A stretch of 64,000 bases of DNA from Octopus sinensis (lineage: Eukaryota): positions 19,158,001-19,222,000 of the forward strand of contig NC_043024.1 in NCBI RefSeq assembly GCF_006345805.1. The letters are read 5' to 3'. Position 1 is the first letter of the stretch, and each line of letters starts with the position of its first letter. The notes under the pieces were generated by a model, which was not told the DNA's origin, ran no database searches, and worked only from the letters and a program-made list of their open reading frames with translations. Both the position numbers and the translations under genes were made by a program. Shown in pieces: positions 51,925 to 63,523 of this stretch.

Positions 51925-52404
51925 TATGTATATAGCTGCTACATCGAAATTCTTCCCTCTGCCATAAGGCTTCATTTCATCCTCAGTCGAAAGATGCCTG
52001 TTGTTATGTCCTGTTGTTATTATTATTATTTTTATTGTATTTTTGTATTTATATCTGGATGTTTTATTGTCCCTTTCTGTATCATCTAGTTGCCCGGATG
52101 TTTTGTGTTCTGGTCCCATTTTGTATCTTATTTTATATATGTATATATTTAAAATTAGAATTTAGGGTATCTAAGAGATACTATCACGCTGGAAATAGCA
52201 GCCAAAACTTGACTCTAAAACCACATTAAATGTTCATACAGCACCAGGAGAGAAGACAAAGAGACAAAATAAAGTAGCAAAAAATTACTGGATAATTCCA
52301 GATAATTTTTACCTTTGAAAGGTTTTTATTTCCATGTTGGCCACCGGATAAGATCGGTATTTAAATATCAATCTTATCCTTATATATATATATATATATA
52401 TATA

Positions 52405-52642
52405 TATTGCACCAATGCGACCATGGCCGATGCCAGCCTCGCCTGGCTCCAGTGCAGGTGGCACGTAATAAGCACCCACTACACTCACAGAGTGGTTGGC
52501 GTTAGGAAGGGCATCCAGCTGTAGAAACACTGCCAGACTAGACTGGAGCCTGGGGCAGTCCCTAGCTCCCCAGACCCCGGTCAAAACCGTCCAACCCGTG
52601 CTAGCGCGGAAAATGGACGTTAAACAATGATGATGATGATGA
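52405..52642 (+). mobile_element. RTE 3' tail fragment
   Basis: Tail plus (GAT)n. Confidence 0.9.
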
Positions 52643-52860
52643 TATATATATATAATGCACTGTTCTGTGATAGAAAATTCAGCAAAAATTCCAGCTTTAT
52701 AATTTAAAGTCTAAAGTGGATAACTCTTTTACTTTTTAGATTTTAGTTTTTCTGCTTTCATTTTCTGTTCTTTACCTTCTGCATTTTCTATGTTCTGCCT
52801 TCTCAGTTTTATTTTTTGTGTTTCTTCTTCAGGTTTTTAGTTCTTTATGATATGTGGTTT

Positions 52861-52915
52861 GTGCCTGAAGAATATGTTTGAGATATTTCTCAACATATGA
52901 AACTATTAGTAGCAC
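52861..52915 (+). ncRNA. Type I hammerhead ribozyme motif with canonical core (family C)
   Basis: GTGC CTGAAGA ATATGTTTGAGA TATT TCTCAACATAT GAAA CTATTAGTA GCAC. Confidence 0.7.
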
Positions 52916-53242
52916 TTTAAGACATGTAGTATGTCTTTTGAATATCTATCTATATCATCATCATCATTGTTTAACGTCTGCTTTCCAAGGACTGATGAAC
53001 CAGATGGCTGCACAAGGCTCCAATCTAATCTGGCAAAGTTTCTACAGCTTGATGCCCTTCCTAATGCCAACCACTCCGAGAGTGTAGTGAGTGCTTTTAC
53101 GTGCCACTGGTACGAGGGCTAGTCAGGCGGTACTGGTAACGGCCACGCTCAAATGGTGTTTTTTACATGCTACCTGCACAGGAGCCAGTAAGGTGACGCT
53201 GGTAACGATCACGCTCGAATGGTATCTTTTACATACGTACAT

Positions 53243-53275
<33 letters not shown>

Positions 53276-53392
53276 AATATATATATAAATATATAATGGG
53301 AAAGTTTATGAAAATAAACAAAAGACGAAGGAAGGTGGAGTACAAACAAACAAATATATTAGTATAGCGCTCAGGAATAGAAATAGAAAAAG

Positions 53393-53430
53393 TCTTTTAT
53401 GTTTCGAGCCTACGCTCTTCGACAGAAAGA
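53393..53430 (-). ncRNA. Minimal Penelope-type hammerhead-like motif, variant core
   Basis: Reverse complement reads TCTTT CTGTCGA A GAGC GTAG GCTC GAAA C ATA AAAGA. Confidence 0.5.
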
Positions 53431-53519
53431 TACACAGAAAAAAAACAAGGAGAAAAAGAAATGTGTGTAGGAGCTAACGATCTATCATGGCGTCCTGACT
53501 TCAGACAGTGGTCAGACGC

Positions 53520-55130
53520 GAGAAGGGCAACACTCTTTTAGTAGTTTGAGCTGTAGTCGTGTTGGAGAACCTCTGTTAGTTTTGCAACACTTTCACTATT
53601 TGTAACCTCCTCTGATATGTGACACTTGGTGAATGAAGGGGTTTGATGCTGCTGTTCAGATTTGTGTTTCCTGCCATGAGGTAGGCTCATCTAGAACCCT
53701 TGACAAGAGTGGATCCAGTTTGAATAACTTACATTCACCCCATACAGGTCTCTCAGGATTTTTGGAAGGATATTGAAGAGCTGTAGACTCTTGAAACCCA
53801 GGCCATTGAAGTATCTGGTCCTTTGTCTTGATAGCAATATCAGAATCTTTGGCACTATGCAGTAGTGCCCAGTTCTGCAGTTTGTGTAACTTCCAATTCC
53901 AAAGTCTGGTACATGTCCTTCAAGGATTTTTCAGGATGTTGCATTCAGATGATCTTCTCTGCGTAGCTTCACTGAATTGATTTGAGTGCCATGGTTAATT
54001 TTACACTGTGTGCTGACCATAGCTGAGAGCAGTAGTCAAAACAGCTGAGGGCAAATAACCACCCTAGGACCTTTATGGTTTCCTGCTCTCTCTCGTTCTG
54101 AAAGTTCTATGGACATCCAGCCAGTTGTCTGCATTTTATTACCAACTCAATAATATGTACCTGGAAACATGCATCATTTTTCATATCTATACCTAGGTCA
54201 TGCACTGATTTGGTTCAGGGATTGCAGTCCCTTCTGAGCCAGTATATTCTACTTGCATTTCATTCAGTGCAGGGCTTGGAATTTTCCAGCATTAAATTGC
54301 ATGTTATTTTCCTCAGCACACCTGTAAATTGTGTCCACCTCCTGTGGCAGGTGCGAAATATCTCCTGGGTTCTGAATCCTCTGAAAGGCTTTTACATCAT
54401 CAGCATAGCTAGAAAGCATGGCTGAGCAGCTGAGGGCATGTCTGAAAAGGGCACTATTTTTTTTTTGTTTGTTCCTTCTCAAGCCATGCCTGGCTCATTA
54501 GGGCCGGTTTCCCGGTTTCCTTGGCGTATAAGTTCCCCACAGTGACGGGATGCCAGTCCGTCGCAGGTGAGCTGCAAGATGCAGGAGGAAAGATGTGAGA
54601 GAAAGTCATGGCGAAAAAGTCAGCAGAAGTTTGCCATTACTTTCTGCCAGAGCCGCGTGGAGCTTAGGTGTTTCGCTCATAAACACACATCGCCCGGTCT
54701 GAGATTCGAACTCACGATCCCTCAAACTCGAGTTCGCGTCTCTAACCACTAGGCTATGTGCCTCCACACAAAAGGGCACTATGAATAACAGTGCCACCAA
54801 AATAGTGAGCACAACTCACTATTTGTGTTTCTTTAGAGGTGACTCCATTGGCCATCACTGCACGACTTCTATCCTTTAAAAATTTGTGTAATCACTCTCC
54901 AAGTTTTCTGTCTTTGCTGAGACTACACAGCTTGTGACATATATCATGGTCGACTTGATCAATGGCTTTTGCAAAGCAGATATATACCACGTGCAAAGTT
55001 GGGTTACTGAACAACTGCTTTAGCACCCCCAGTTGTAGTAATGTAAGAGCTGTACTTGCTGGGTTTTCCTGGAAGCTTACCACTTGTAAGGAAGCTCTGA
55101 AATAGTTGAATTTCATTGATGTATACATAG
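53520..55130 (-). mobile_element. CR1/L2-like LINE RT fragment, heavily degraded
   Basis: VVYICFAKAIDQVDH and SSYADDVK...NMQFNAGKFQAL. Confidence 0.8.
54458..54769 (-). mobile_element. SINE family 3 nested in the CR1-like fragment
   Basis: 13-bp TSD AAAAGGGCACTAT (54445, 54770). Confidence 0.92.
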
Positions 55131-55208
55131 ATTATATCATAACAAAATTCAACGGTTATGGAAGAATCCTGAACACCCTCACATGACTGAAGGTGGACTA
55201 ATCGATTA

Positions 55209-55450
55209 TCTATTATATAAAATCCGTTCTGTCTGTCTGTGTGTGTGTGTCTTCTAGGATCTCAGGCATCCTCCATACAATTGCACTCAAATTTGATATG
55301 TAGATACCGACGGTATCAGGGCATATATAAGTCTTGGAAAAAACGACAAAAATCGATTCCAGGTGAGAATGCGATCGATAAAGCCGTGGGAACGTGCATA
55401 TGTACGTGCAAGTACATCAGCTGTTGTGATTGATACTACGCGTACGTGAG
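55209..55450 (+). mobile_element. Helitron-like 5' portion
   Basis: TCTATTATATAAAAT start followed by (CTGT)n/(GT)n; no CTAG end found. Confidence 0.45.
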
Positions 55451-56085
55451 AAAAATGCATGTGCAGTTTGCACAAAAAAAGCCGGCTGGCTTGAAATAAT
55501 GCCACAAAATGCAGTATATTTAAGAGACCAAAAGAGTAAGATGCAAAAGAGATATTTTCTTCAAACTTGGCAATGAAGGAAGGAAAGACTATTTGGTTTG
55601 TCAAGAAGCTTTTTTTTTTGCCTTAACTTCGTTTAACAAAACCAAACATTTTATTGAAATAAAGGCATGCTTAATTATTTTTTAATGAAAAGAAAACACT
55701 GATTGCTTTTTATTCAGCAGATATGATTCAGCACCGTCCATTGGACAGGGTGGAGTGGTCGTTTTGCTTGTAATAAATAAGAAAAAGGGATCTGTCAAAA
55801 GCGTAGTTGAAAGGTGTTAGTTCAACCATGTTGATTAACCATGTTAGTTTGACCATGTGTTGGTTTAACAGTCGGTAGTTGGAGAGTAAATGCTGAGTAT
55901 TGAACCTATGTTCAAGTGGTACAGAATGAGTTCTGTGTTAACATATTTCTGCGAAAGGTTGTTTTTAGATAACAACTAACTATTTCTTTGCATAATACCA
56001 TTTAACACCAGACATGTATAGCCACATCATAACACCACCACCTTCAGGTAAAATTTTAAACAAGTTTAAACAGGTGAGATAATAC

Positions 56086-56187
56086 CTTGACCATGAAAAA
56101 TCCAACCAACATTGTTGGATGAGTGGTATTTTGCAAATAATATTCGAATTTCTGGAGACTTTAGAAAGAGTGAGTTTAAAAGGCATG
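56086..56187 (-). CDS. Candidate 102-nt symmetric exon (xCLLNSLFLKSPEIRILFAKYHSSNNVGWIFHGQ in phase 1)
   Basis: ctcttaacttctag acceptor, AAG|GTATTA donor; two frames are open. Confidence 0.35.
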
Positions 56188-56650
56188 CTAGAAGTTAAGA
56201 GATCGAACGAATATATTATTTATCTAAATTAGTTCATAACTGATACTTGTGATGAGAACCTTAAGGACAACTATGGCTACAGCTTGTCTGTGATTCTTGT
56301 AATTTCTCATAACCAGTATCAGCTATAAACTAATTTTGATAAATAATATATTCTCTTAATCTCTACACTTCTCACATGCCTGTTAGAACCACTCCTAATT
56401 TCTCCTCCAGTGTTGAATGTTGTTTTCAGAATACCACTTATCCTACAATGTTGCTTGGATTCATCCTAGTCAAAGAATTATCTCACCTGTTTCATACTTG
56501 TTTCAAATTTTACCTGAAGATGGTGGGCGATATGTTATGGTATAATCTCAGAATACATCAATAAGATTCTACCAAAAACAGCTGCCATAAATTCTAAACT
56601 TCATTTATGACCTTTTCCTTTATACATACATATATATATATGTGTGTGTG

Positions 56651-56703
<53 letters not shown>

Positions 56704-56839
56704 GTGTGTGTGTATATATATATATATAAATGGATGAATGAATTATCCTTTGTTTACATTTAACATGGAAAATTCAATAAACAGTTACCAGGGTTATCAA
56801 AATTGTTATAATGTCTTGTTGTTGAGATAAGTTCTCTTT

Positions 56840-56925
56840 CTTTCTTGATGAGAAGATTGCATTTTTTTACACAGTTTATTCCTTTGGAACAAAACCAATG
56901 TTGTCTTCGAAACATATCTCGAAAG
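56840..56925 (+). ncRNA. Hammerhead-like motif with long stem II (family D, C3U and stem III mismatch)
   Basis: CTTTC TTGATGA GAAGA...TCTTC GAAA C ATAT CTC GAAAG. Confidence 0.5.
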
Positions 56926-56979
56926 TAAAAGAATCTGAATAACATCTGTGTTCAACTCCATTTGTTTACTTATATATAT

Positions 56980-57195
56980 ATATCATCATCATCATCATCA
57001 TCATCATTTAGCGTCCGTTTTCCATGCTAGCATGGGTTGGACGGTTCAACTGGGGTCTGTGAAGCCAGAAGGCTTCATCAGGCCCAGTCAGATCTGGCAG
57101 TGTTTCTACGGCTGGATACCCTTCCTAACGCCAACCACTCTGTGAGTGTAGTGGGTGCTTTTTACATGCCACCCGCACAGGTGCCAGACAGAGCT
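56980..57195 (-). mobile_element. RTE 3' tail fragment
   Basis: (CAT)n and CCATGCTAGCATGG. Confidence 0.9.
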
Positions 57196-57197
57196 GC

Positions 57198-57228
<31 letters not shown>

Positions 57229-57612
57229 CATTTATCTTTTGCTTATTTCAGTCATTAGACTGGCCATGCTTTGAAGAATTTTAAGTCAAACGAATTGACT
57301 CCATTACTTAATTTTTCGCTAAGTTTAGTACTTATTCTATCGGACTCTTTTGCTGAACTGCTAAGTTATGGGGATGTAAACACACCAAGACTAGTTGTCA
57401 AGCAGTGGTGGGGACAAGCACAGGCACAAAGACACACAACAAACTTCTTTCAATCTCCATGTACCAGATCCACTCATAATGCTTTGGTCGACCCAAGGCT
57501 ATAGTAAAAGACACATATCCAAAGTGCCATGTATTAGGACTGAATTTGGAACCATGTGGTTCAGATGGCAAATTTCTTACCATACTGTCATGCCTGTGCC
57601 TATATAGATAGG

Positions 57613-57671
<59 letters not shown>

Positions 57672-57877
57672 ATAATAAAATAGGGTAATAATAAATTATT
57701 ATCACCAGTGGCCTAGCACAAAAAAACGAATTAGTCATTAGACTATATATTATATATTAATTTTCATTCCTTTCTTGAATTTATCCTTTTTTTTTTGTGT
57801 TCTTGAGATTTCTACTGCTCTTTCTAGCACAACGCTTTCCTATTTGGAAGCCTCTTATTGTATTTATATATATATAT

Positions 57878-58245
57878 AAGCACAGGAGAGGCTGTGTGGT
57901 AAGTAGCTTGCTTACCAACCACATGGTTCTGGGTTCAGTCCCATTGCGTGGCACCTTGGAAAAGCGTCTTCTACTATAGCCTCGGGCCGACCAAAGACTT
58001 GTGAGTGGATTTGGTAGATGGAAACTGAAAGAAGCCCATTGTATATATATATGTGTGTGTGTTTGTGTGTCTGTCTGTAATTGTCCCCACAACATTGCTT
58101 GACAACCGATGCTGGTGTGTTTACATCCCCGTAACTTAGCAGTTTGGCATAAGAGACCGATAGAATAAGTACCAGGCTTACAAAGAATAAGTCCTGCTTG
58201 ACTAAAGGCAGTGCTCCAGCATAGCTGTAGTAGAGAGTAAAATGA
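57878..58245 (+). mobile_element. SINE family 1 (a diverged minus copy lies at 57235-57600)
   Basis: Head and tail motifs. Confidence 0.85.
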
Positions 58246-58330
58246 GAGCATATAGACACATACACACACACTGATTACTTTTCTCCATCTTACATGGGTA
58301 AAATACCCAGTCTTTCTAGATGGATAGATA

Positions 58331-58470
58331 CTTTATTTAAAAGCAGCAGAAAATTTAACAAAACCTGTTACTCTGAGTTTCATGTTCCCGTTCGTGGGAC
58401 AGTTTTAAATAAAGCATATTACTCTACCCCTGGTATTTGAGCACTCTTTTTTTCCACCTTGTTTCACATT
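58331..58470. mobile_element. Foldback element B with the second arm deleted; HHR-like motif at 58365-58402 (-), G5C
   Basis: Left arm jumps from GACAGTTTT to AAATAAAGCAT. Confidence 0.8.
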
Positions 58471-58971
58471 AGATGGATAGATAGATAGATATATGAAAGG
58501 CTTCTTTCTGTTCCCAGCTAACAAATCTACTCACAAGTCTGGGGACTGTCATAAAAGATATTTACCCAAGGTGCCAAACAGTGGAAGCGAACCCAAAGCC
58601 AGGTGGCTGGGAAGCAAGCTTCTTACCACAGTCACATATGAAAGGACAAATATTCCATTTCGAAAAAAGATCAAAATACCAAAATTCTAGAACCACACAT
58701 TTTGGCATGGGTTCAAGTTAGTAACAGAAAATGACTGAAGAACTTCTGTTCTTGTCGATAGTTTTGTTATTGTTGTTGGTGGTGTTGGCAGTGACGATGT
58801 TTTTTGTTGTGGAAAAACACAAGGAGAACCAGATAAGGCAAAGCTTTACAAGACGTATTTCTTAGAACTTGATATATTTCAAATTGGTAAAAGATAAGAG
58901 AAGCATTTATGTGTTTGGTCGGTTGGCTGACTTGTTAAAGATACCAGTTAAATCTCTTTTGAATTGATATC

Positions 58972-59202
58972 TCTTTCTTTACTACCCACAAGGGGCTAAA
59001 CACAGAGAGGACAAACAATGACAGACAAACAGATTAAGTCGATTATATCGACCCCAGTACGTAACTGGTACCTATTTAATCGACCCCGAAAGGATGAAAG
59101 GCAAAGTCGACCTCGGCGGAATTTGAACTCAGAACGTAACAGCAGACGAAATACCGATAAGCATTTCGCCCGGCGTGCTAACGATTCTGCCAGCTCGCCG
59201 CC
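58972..59202 (-). mobile_element. SINE family 2
   Basis: 14-bp TSD TTTGAATTGATATC. Confidence 0.92.
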
Positions 59203-59649
59203 TTTGAATTGATATCACTGTTGTCTTAAGAAAGAGGACACATTAGTTGATGTAGTCCTTGTTACACTATGACAAAGGCCGAGTGATTCTGGCTGGAGTG
59301 TTGCTGGTCACATGTTTGTCCGATCAGAGTTGACCTAGGGCTAAAAATCATCATCAACAACAACATGAATAACAACGGTAACGACAAGTCAGGATACAAA
59401 GTGCCATACTATAAATAATACCGACCGATGCTCTACTGGTCTGCAGGCTTGTTGCCCATCACTGCCCTCATCCTACATTAAGCTGAAGACTAATGGTCAC
59501 CTTGATGGGATTTGAACACTAATCAAAGATGCAGGGTAAAAACAACAAAGAATCCTGACTGATGCTCTACCGATTTTGTTACCGAATAAGTAACATAAAG
59601 TACCCCACTTGATGCTCTACCGATTCTTAAATGGTACTTTTATACACGA

Positions 59650-60230
59650 AGGCGGCGAGCTGGCAGAAACGTTAGCATGCCAGGCGAAATGCGTAGCCGT
59701 ATTTCATCTGCTGCTATGTTCTGAGTTCAAATTTCACTAAGGTCGACCTTGTCTTTCATCGTTTTGGGGTCAATTAAATAAGTACCAGTTACGCACTGGG
59801 GTCGATGTAATCGACTTGATCCATTTGTCTGTCCTTGTTTGTCCCCTCTGTGTTTAGCCCCTTGTGGGTAGTAAAGAAATAGGTATTTCATCTGCCACTA
59901 CATTCTGAGTTCAAATTCTGCCAAGGTCGACTTCGCCCTTCATCCTTTCAGGGTCGATTAAATAAGTACCAGTTATGCACTAGGGTCGATGTAATCGACT
60001 TAATCTGTTTGTCTGTCTTTGTATGTCTTCCCTGTGTGTAGCCCCTTTTGGGTTGTAAAGAAATAGGTATTTCATCTGCCGCTACGTTCTGAGTTCAAAT
60101 TCCGCCGAGGCCGACTTTCTTTCATCCTTTCAGGGTCGATTAAATAAGTACCAGTTATGCACTGGGGTCGATATACTCGACTAAATTCGTTTGGCTGCCT
60201 GTTTGTTCCCTTGTGGGCAATAAAGAAATA
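59650..60230 (+). mobile_element. SINE family 2 trimer
   Basis: One head plus three units; 13-bp TSD TACTTTTATACAC (59635, 60233). Confidence 0.92.
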
Positions 60231-60548
60231 CATACTTTTATACACAATCCAGCAAGGAGGTGTCTACACAGTGTGGGGTGGGAAGTTATGAAGGCTGTTT
60301 TGTGCCATAATCAAAATGTAAGTGTATAAAGCTGATAGGTGGGGGGGCATGTCTGGACTTAGGAAAATAAGAATTGGCACTCTGCTGGTTACAAAGATGT
60401 ATGTTCCAGTTGATTTGCTCAACTGATCAGTCTGTGCATGAAAGTAACAGGGAAATTATGTGGTGGAACATTCCACAGACATATTTCGTGTTTGGATTTG
60501 GTTTGCAAGATTCTTTATATGAGTTCGTGTATTGAAGCATATTCTGTT

Positions 60549-60749
60549 GTGTCTGGTGGGGAGAGTCATTTTCTTTCTGTGCCTTATAATGTAACACACT
60601 CACCAGTAAAAGACCATTGTAAAGGTTGCAAGATGCAACGAAAATTTTAGGAAAATAAAAATAAGAAATAAGGGGAAATTTTACCTGTGAGTGTGGTAAA
60701 TTATAAGGCACAAAAAGAAAATGACTCTCCCCAGCCACTCTACAGACAC
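60549..60749. mobile_element. Foldback/MITE-like element (related partial copy at 27227-27440)
   Basis: About 55-bp inverted arms GGGGAGAGTCATTTTCTTTCTGTGCCTTATAA / TTATAAGGCACAAAAAGAAAATGACTCTCCCC. Confidence 0.7.
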
Positions 60750-61122
60750 CTGTGTCCTTACCATAATTTTTAGGGAGATTCAGCAAGACACAGAATTACA
60801 GGTGTAATTCATTTAAGCCAGCTGAATGGACTGGAGCTGTATGAAATAAAGTGTCTTGCCTAAGGACTCAATGCACAGAAGGGAATCGAACCCACAACCT
60901 TACAGTCAAGAGCAAATGGCTTTACCACTAAGCCATGCTCCTTTGTGAAGTGAGAAAAATAACAAATCGTTAATTATGCAAATTTCTCATAACTTTGTGA
61001 CTGAGAAATGGATTTTTCTAACCAAATGGTTTCAGATTAATTCCTGCTGAATGGCACCTTGGACAAGGGTCTTGTGCTATAGCCCCAGGCTGGCCAAAGC
61101 CTTGCGAGTGGACTTGGTGGAC

Positions 61123-61160
<38 letters not shown>

Positions 61161-61339
61161 GTTTTACTCAGTTTGCTAGAAATAGCAGCCAAATTACATG
61201 CCTATGTCATACAAATATTCCATTTCGAAAAAGGAAAAGGAAATGCACATTGAATGCTGTAGTTCAATATAGACTGCATCAGCAGTAAAAGAAAATAAAA
61301 AAATAAAACACCAACGAAATGGTCATGGCTGGAATGCAT

Positions 61340-61780
61340 ATTCTATTTTTTGGGTTGTGATCGTTACCAGCGTCGCTTTACTGGCACTTGTGCCCCGTGC
61401 TAGTTGGGTGCTAAGAGCACCATTTGAGCATGATCGTTGCCAGAGCGGCTGACTGGCTTCTGCGCTGGTGGCACATAAAAGGACACCATTTGAGCGTGAT
61501 TGTTACCACCGTCGCCTTATTGGCACTTATACTGGTGGCACGTGTAAAAACATTCGAGCGAGGTCATTGCCAGTACCACCTGACTGGCCCTTGTGCCGGT
61601 GGCACATAAAAGCACCCACTACACTCTCAGAGTGGTTGGCATTAGGAAAGGCATTTAGGTGTAGAAACTCTGTAAGATCAAGACTGGAGTCTGGTGCAGC
61701 CATCTGGCTCACCGGACCTCAGTCAAATCGTCCAACCTATGCTAGCATGGAAAGCAGACGTTAAACCATGATGATGATGA
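61340..61780 (+). mobile_element. RTE 3' UTR fragment
   Basis: GGTGGCAC modules, tail and (GAT)n. Confidence 0.85.
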
Positions 61781-62139
61781 GATCTGCTCAATTAAGGCTG
61801 ACCTGGGTCCAAGCAATAAAAACAACAACAACAACTATCTTACACATTCTGGCCAAGAAAATACCTGATGGACAGTTGTAGTTCTTGTTGCTGTTGTTGT
61901 ATTTGTTTCGTGGCTGTTGGTCAGTTCACATTACTCCATTAGGTGCATTCGGCCAGTTTTTAATTTCTCTGGCATATTTATAGTGCACCTCTGACACCTC
62001 TGACAGGGAGATGAGGAGACTAGGGCAACAGGAAATGAAGTGTCTTGCTCAAGAACACAACACATTGCACTGGCAAGGAATTGAAACCACTATCTTATGA
62101 TCATGAGTCCTACACACTAACCACTAAGCCATGCACCTC

Positions 62140-63010
62140 CACATGCATGCATTCATACATACATTCATGCATGCATGCATATATACATACATGCCTACAT
62201 GCATGCATGCATATATAGATACATACATGCATGCATGCATATATACATGCATATATACATACATGCCTACATGCATGCATGCATTCATACATACATTCAT
62301 GCTGCATGCATATATACATGCATATATACATACATGCCTACATGCATGCACGCATATATAGATACATACATGCATGCATGCATATATACATGCATATATA
62401 CATACATGCCTACATGCATGCACGCATATATAGATAGATACATGCATGCATGCATATATACATGCATATATACATACATGCCTACATGCATGCATGCATA
62501 TATAGATACATACATGCATGCATGCATATATACATACATGCCTACATGCATGCATGCATATATAGATACATACATGCATGCATGCATATATACATGCATA
62601 TATACATACATGCCTACATGCATGCATGCATATATAGATACATACATGCATGCATGCATATATACATGCATATATACATACATGCCTACATGCATGCATG
62701 CATATATAGATACATACATGCATGCATACAGACATACATACATGCATACAAAAATACATGCATATAAACATGCATGCATACATACATGCCTACATGCATG
62801 AATACATGCATGCATGCATGCTTACATACATACTTGTATACATATAAACATACATGCATGCATGCATACATATATGCCTACATAGATGCATGCATACAAA
62901 CATACATACATGCATACATGCCTGCATGCATACATACATACATGCCCACGTGCACATATGCATGCATACATGTATACATACATACATGCATACATAATAT
63001 ATACATACAT
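62140..63010. repeat. (TGCA/TACA)-based minisatellite with about 72-bp unit
   Basis: TAGATA recurs at 62563, 62635 and 62707. Confidence 0.92.
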
Positions 63011-63282
63011 ACATCCATCAGCAAGTCTACATCTCCCAGTAAGCAGCACAGGATCAGTTTCGTTGGTTTCTCTTGCATATATTCCTTCCTCCCTGGATGG
63101 GATGCTAGTCCTTCACAGGATGACTCATTTTTAGCAGCTGAGTGGACTGGAGCAACATGAAACAAAATATTTTGCTCACGAACACAACACATTATCCAGG
63201 CAGGAATCGAAACCACAATCTTACGATCATGAGTCCCACAGCCTCACCACTAAGCCATGCTCCTCTACTTTTGTGGTTATTA

Positions 63283-63491
63283 CTCTTTACTCTTTTACTT
63301 GTTTCAGTCATTTGACTGTGGCCATGCTAGAGCACCGCCTTTTAGTCGAGTAAATTGATCCCAGGACTTATTCTTTGTAAGCCCAGTACTTATTCTATCG
63401 GTCTCTTTTGCCGAACTGCTAAGTTACGGGGATGTAAACACACCAGCATCGGTTGTCAAGCGATGTTGGGGGGATAAACACAGACACACAA

Positions 63492-63523
<32 letters not shown>

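Noticed and set aside
56086-56187. Globin-like LF..SPE...LF.K...HG pattern
   Set aside because: Too short, reading frame ambiguous, and intron phases do not match the conserved globin B12.2/G7.0 positions
3302-63216. Dozens of long ORFs rich in Y/I/M/C/H/T/S/D
   Set aside because: Translations of di- and trinucleotide microsatellites that lack stops in several frames
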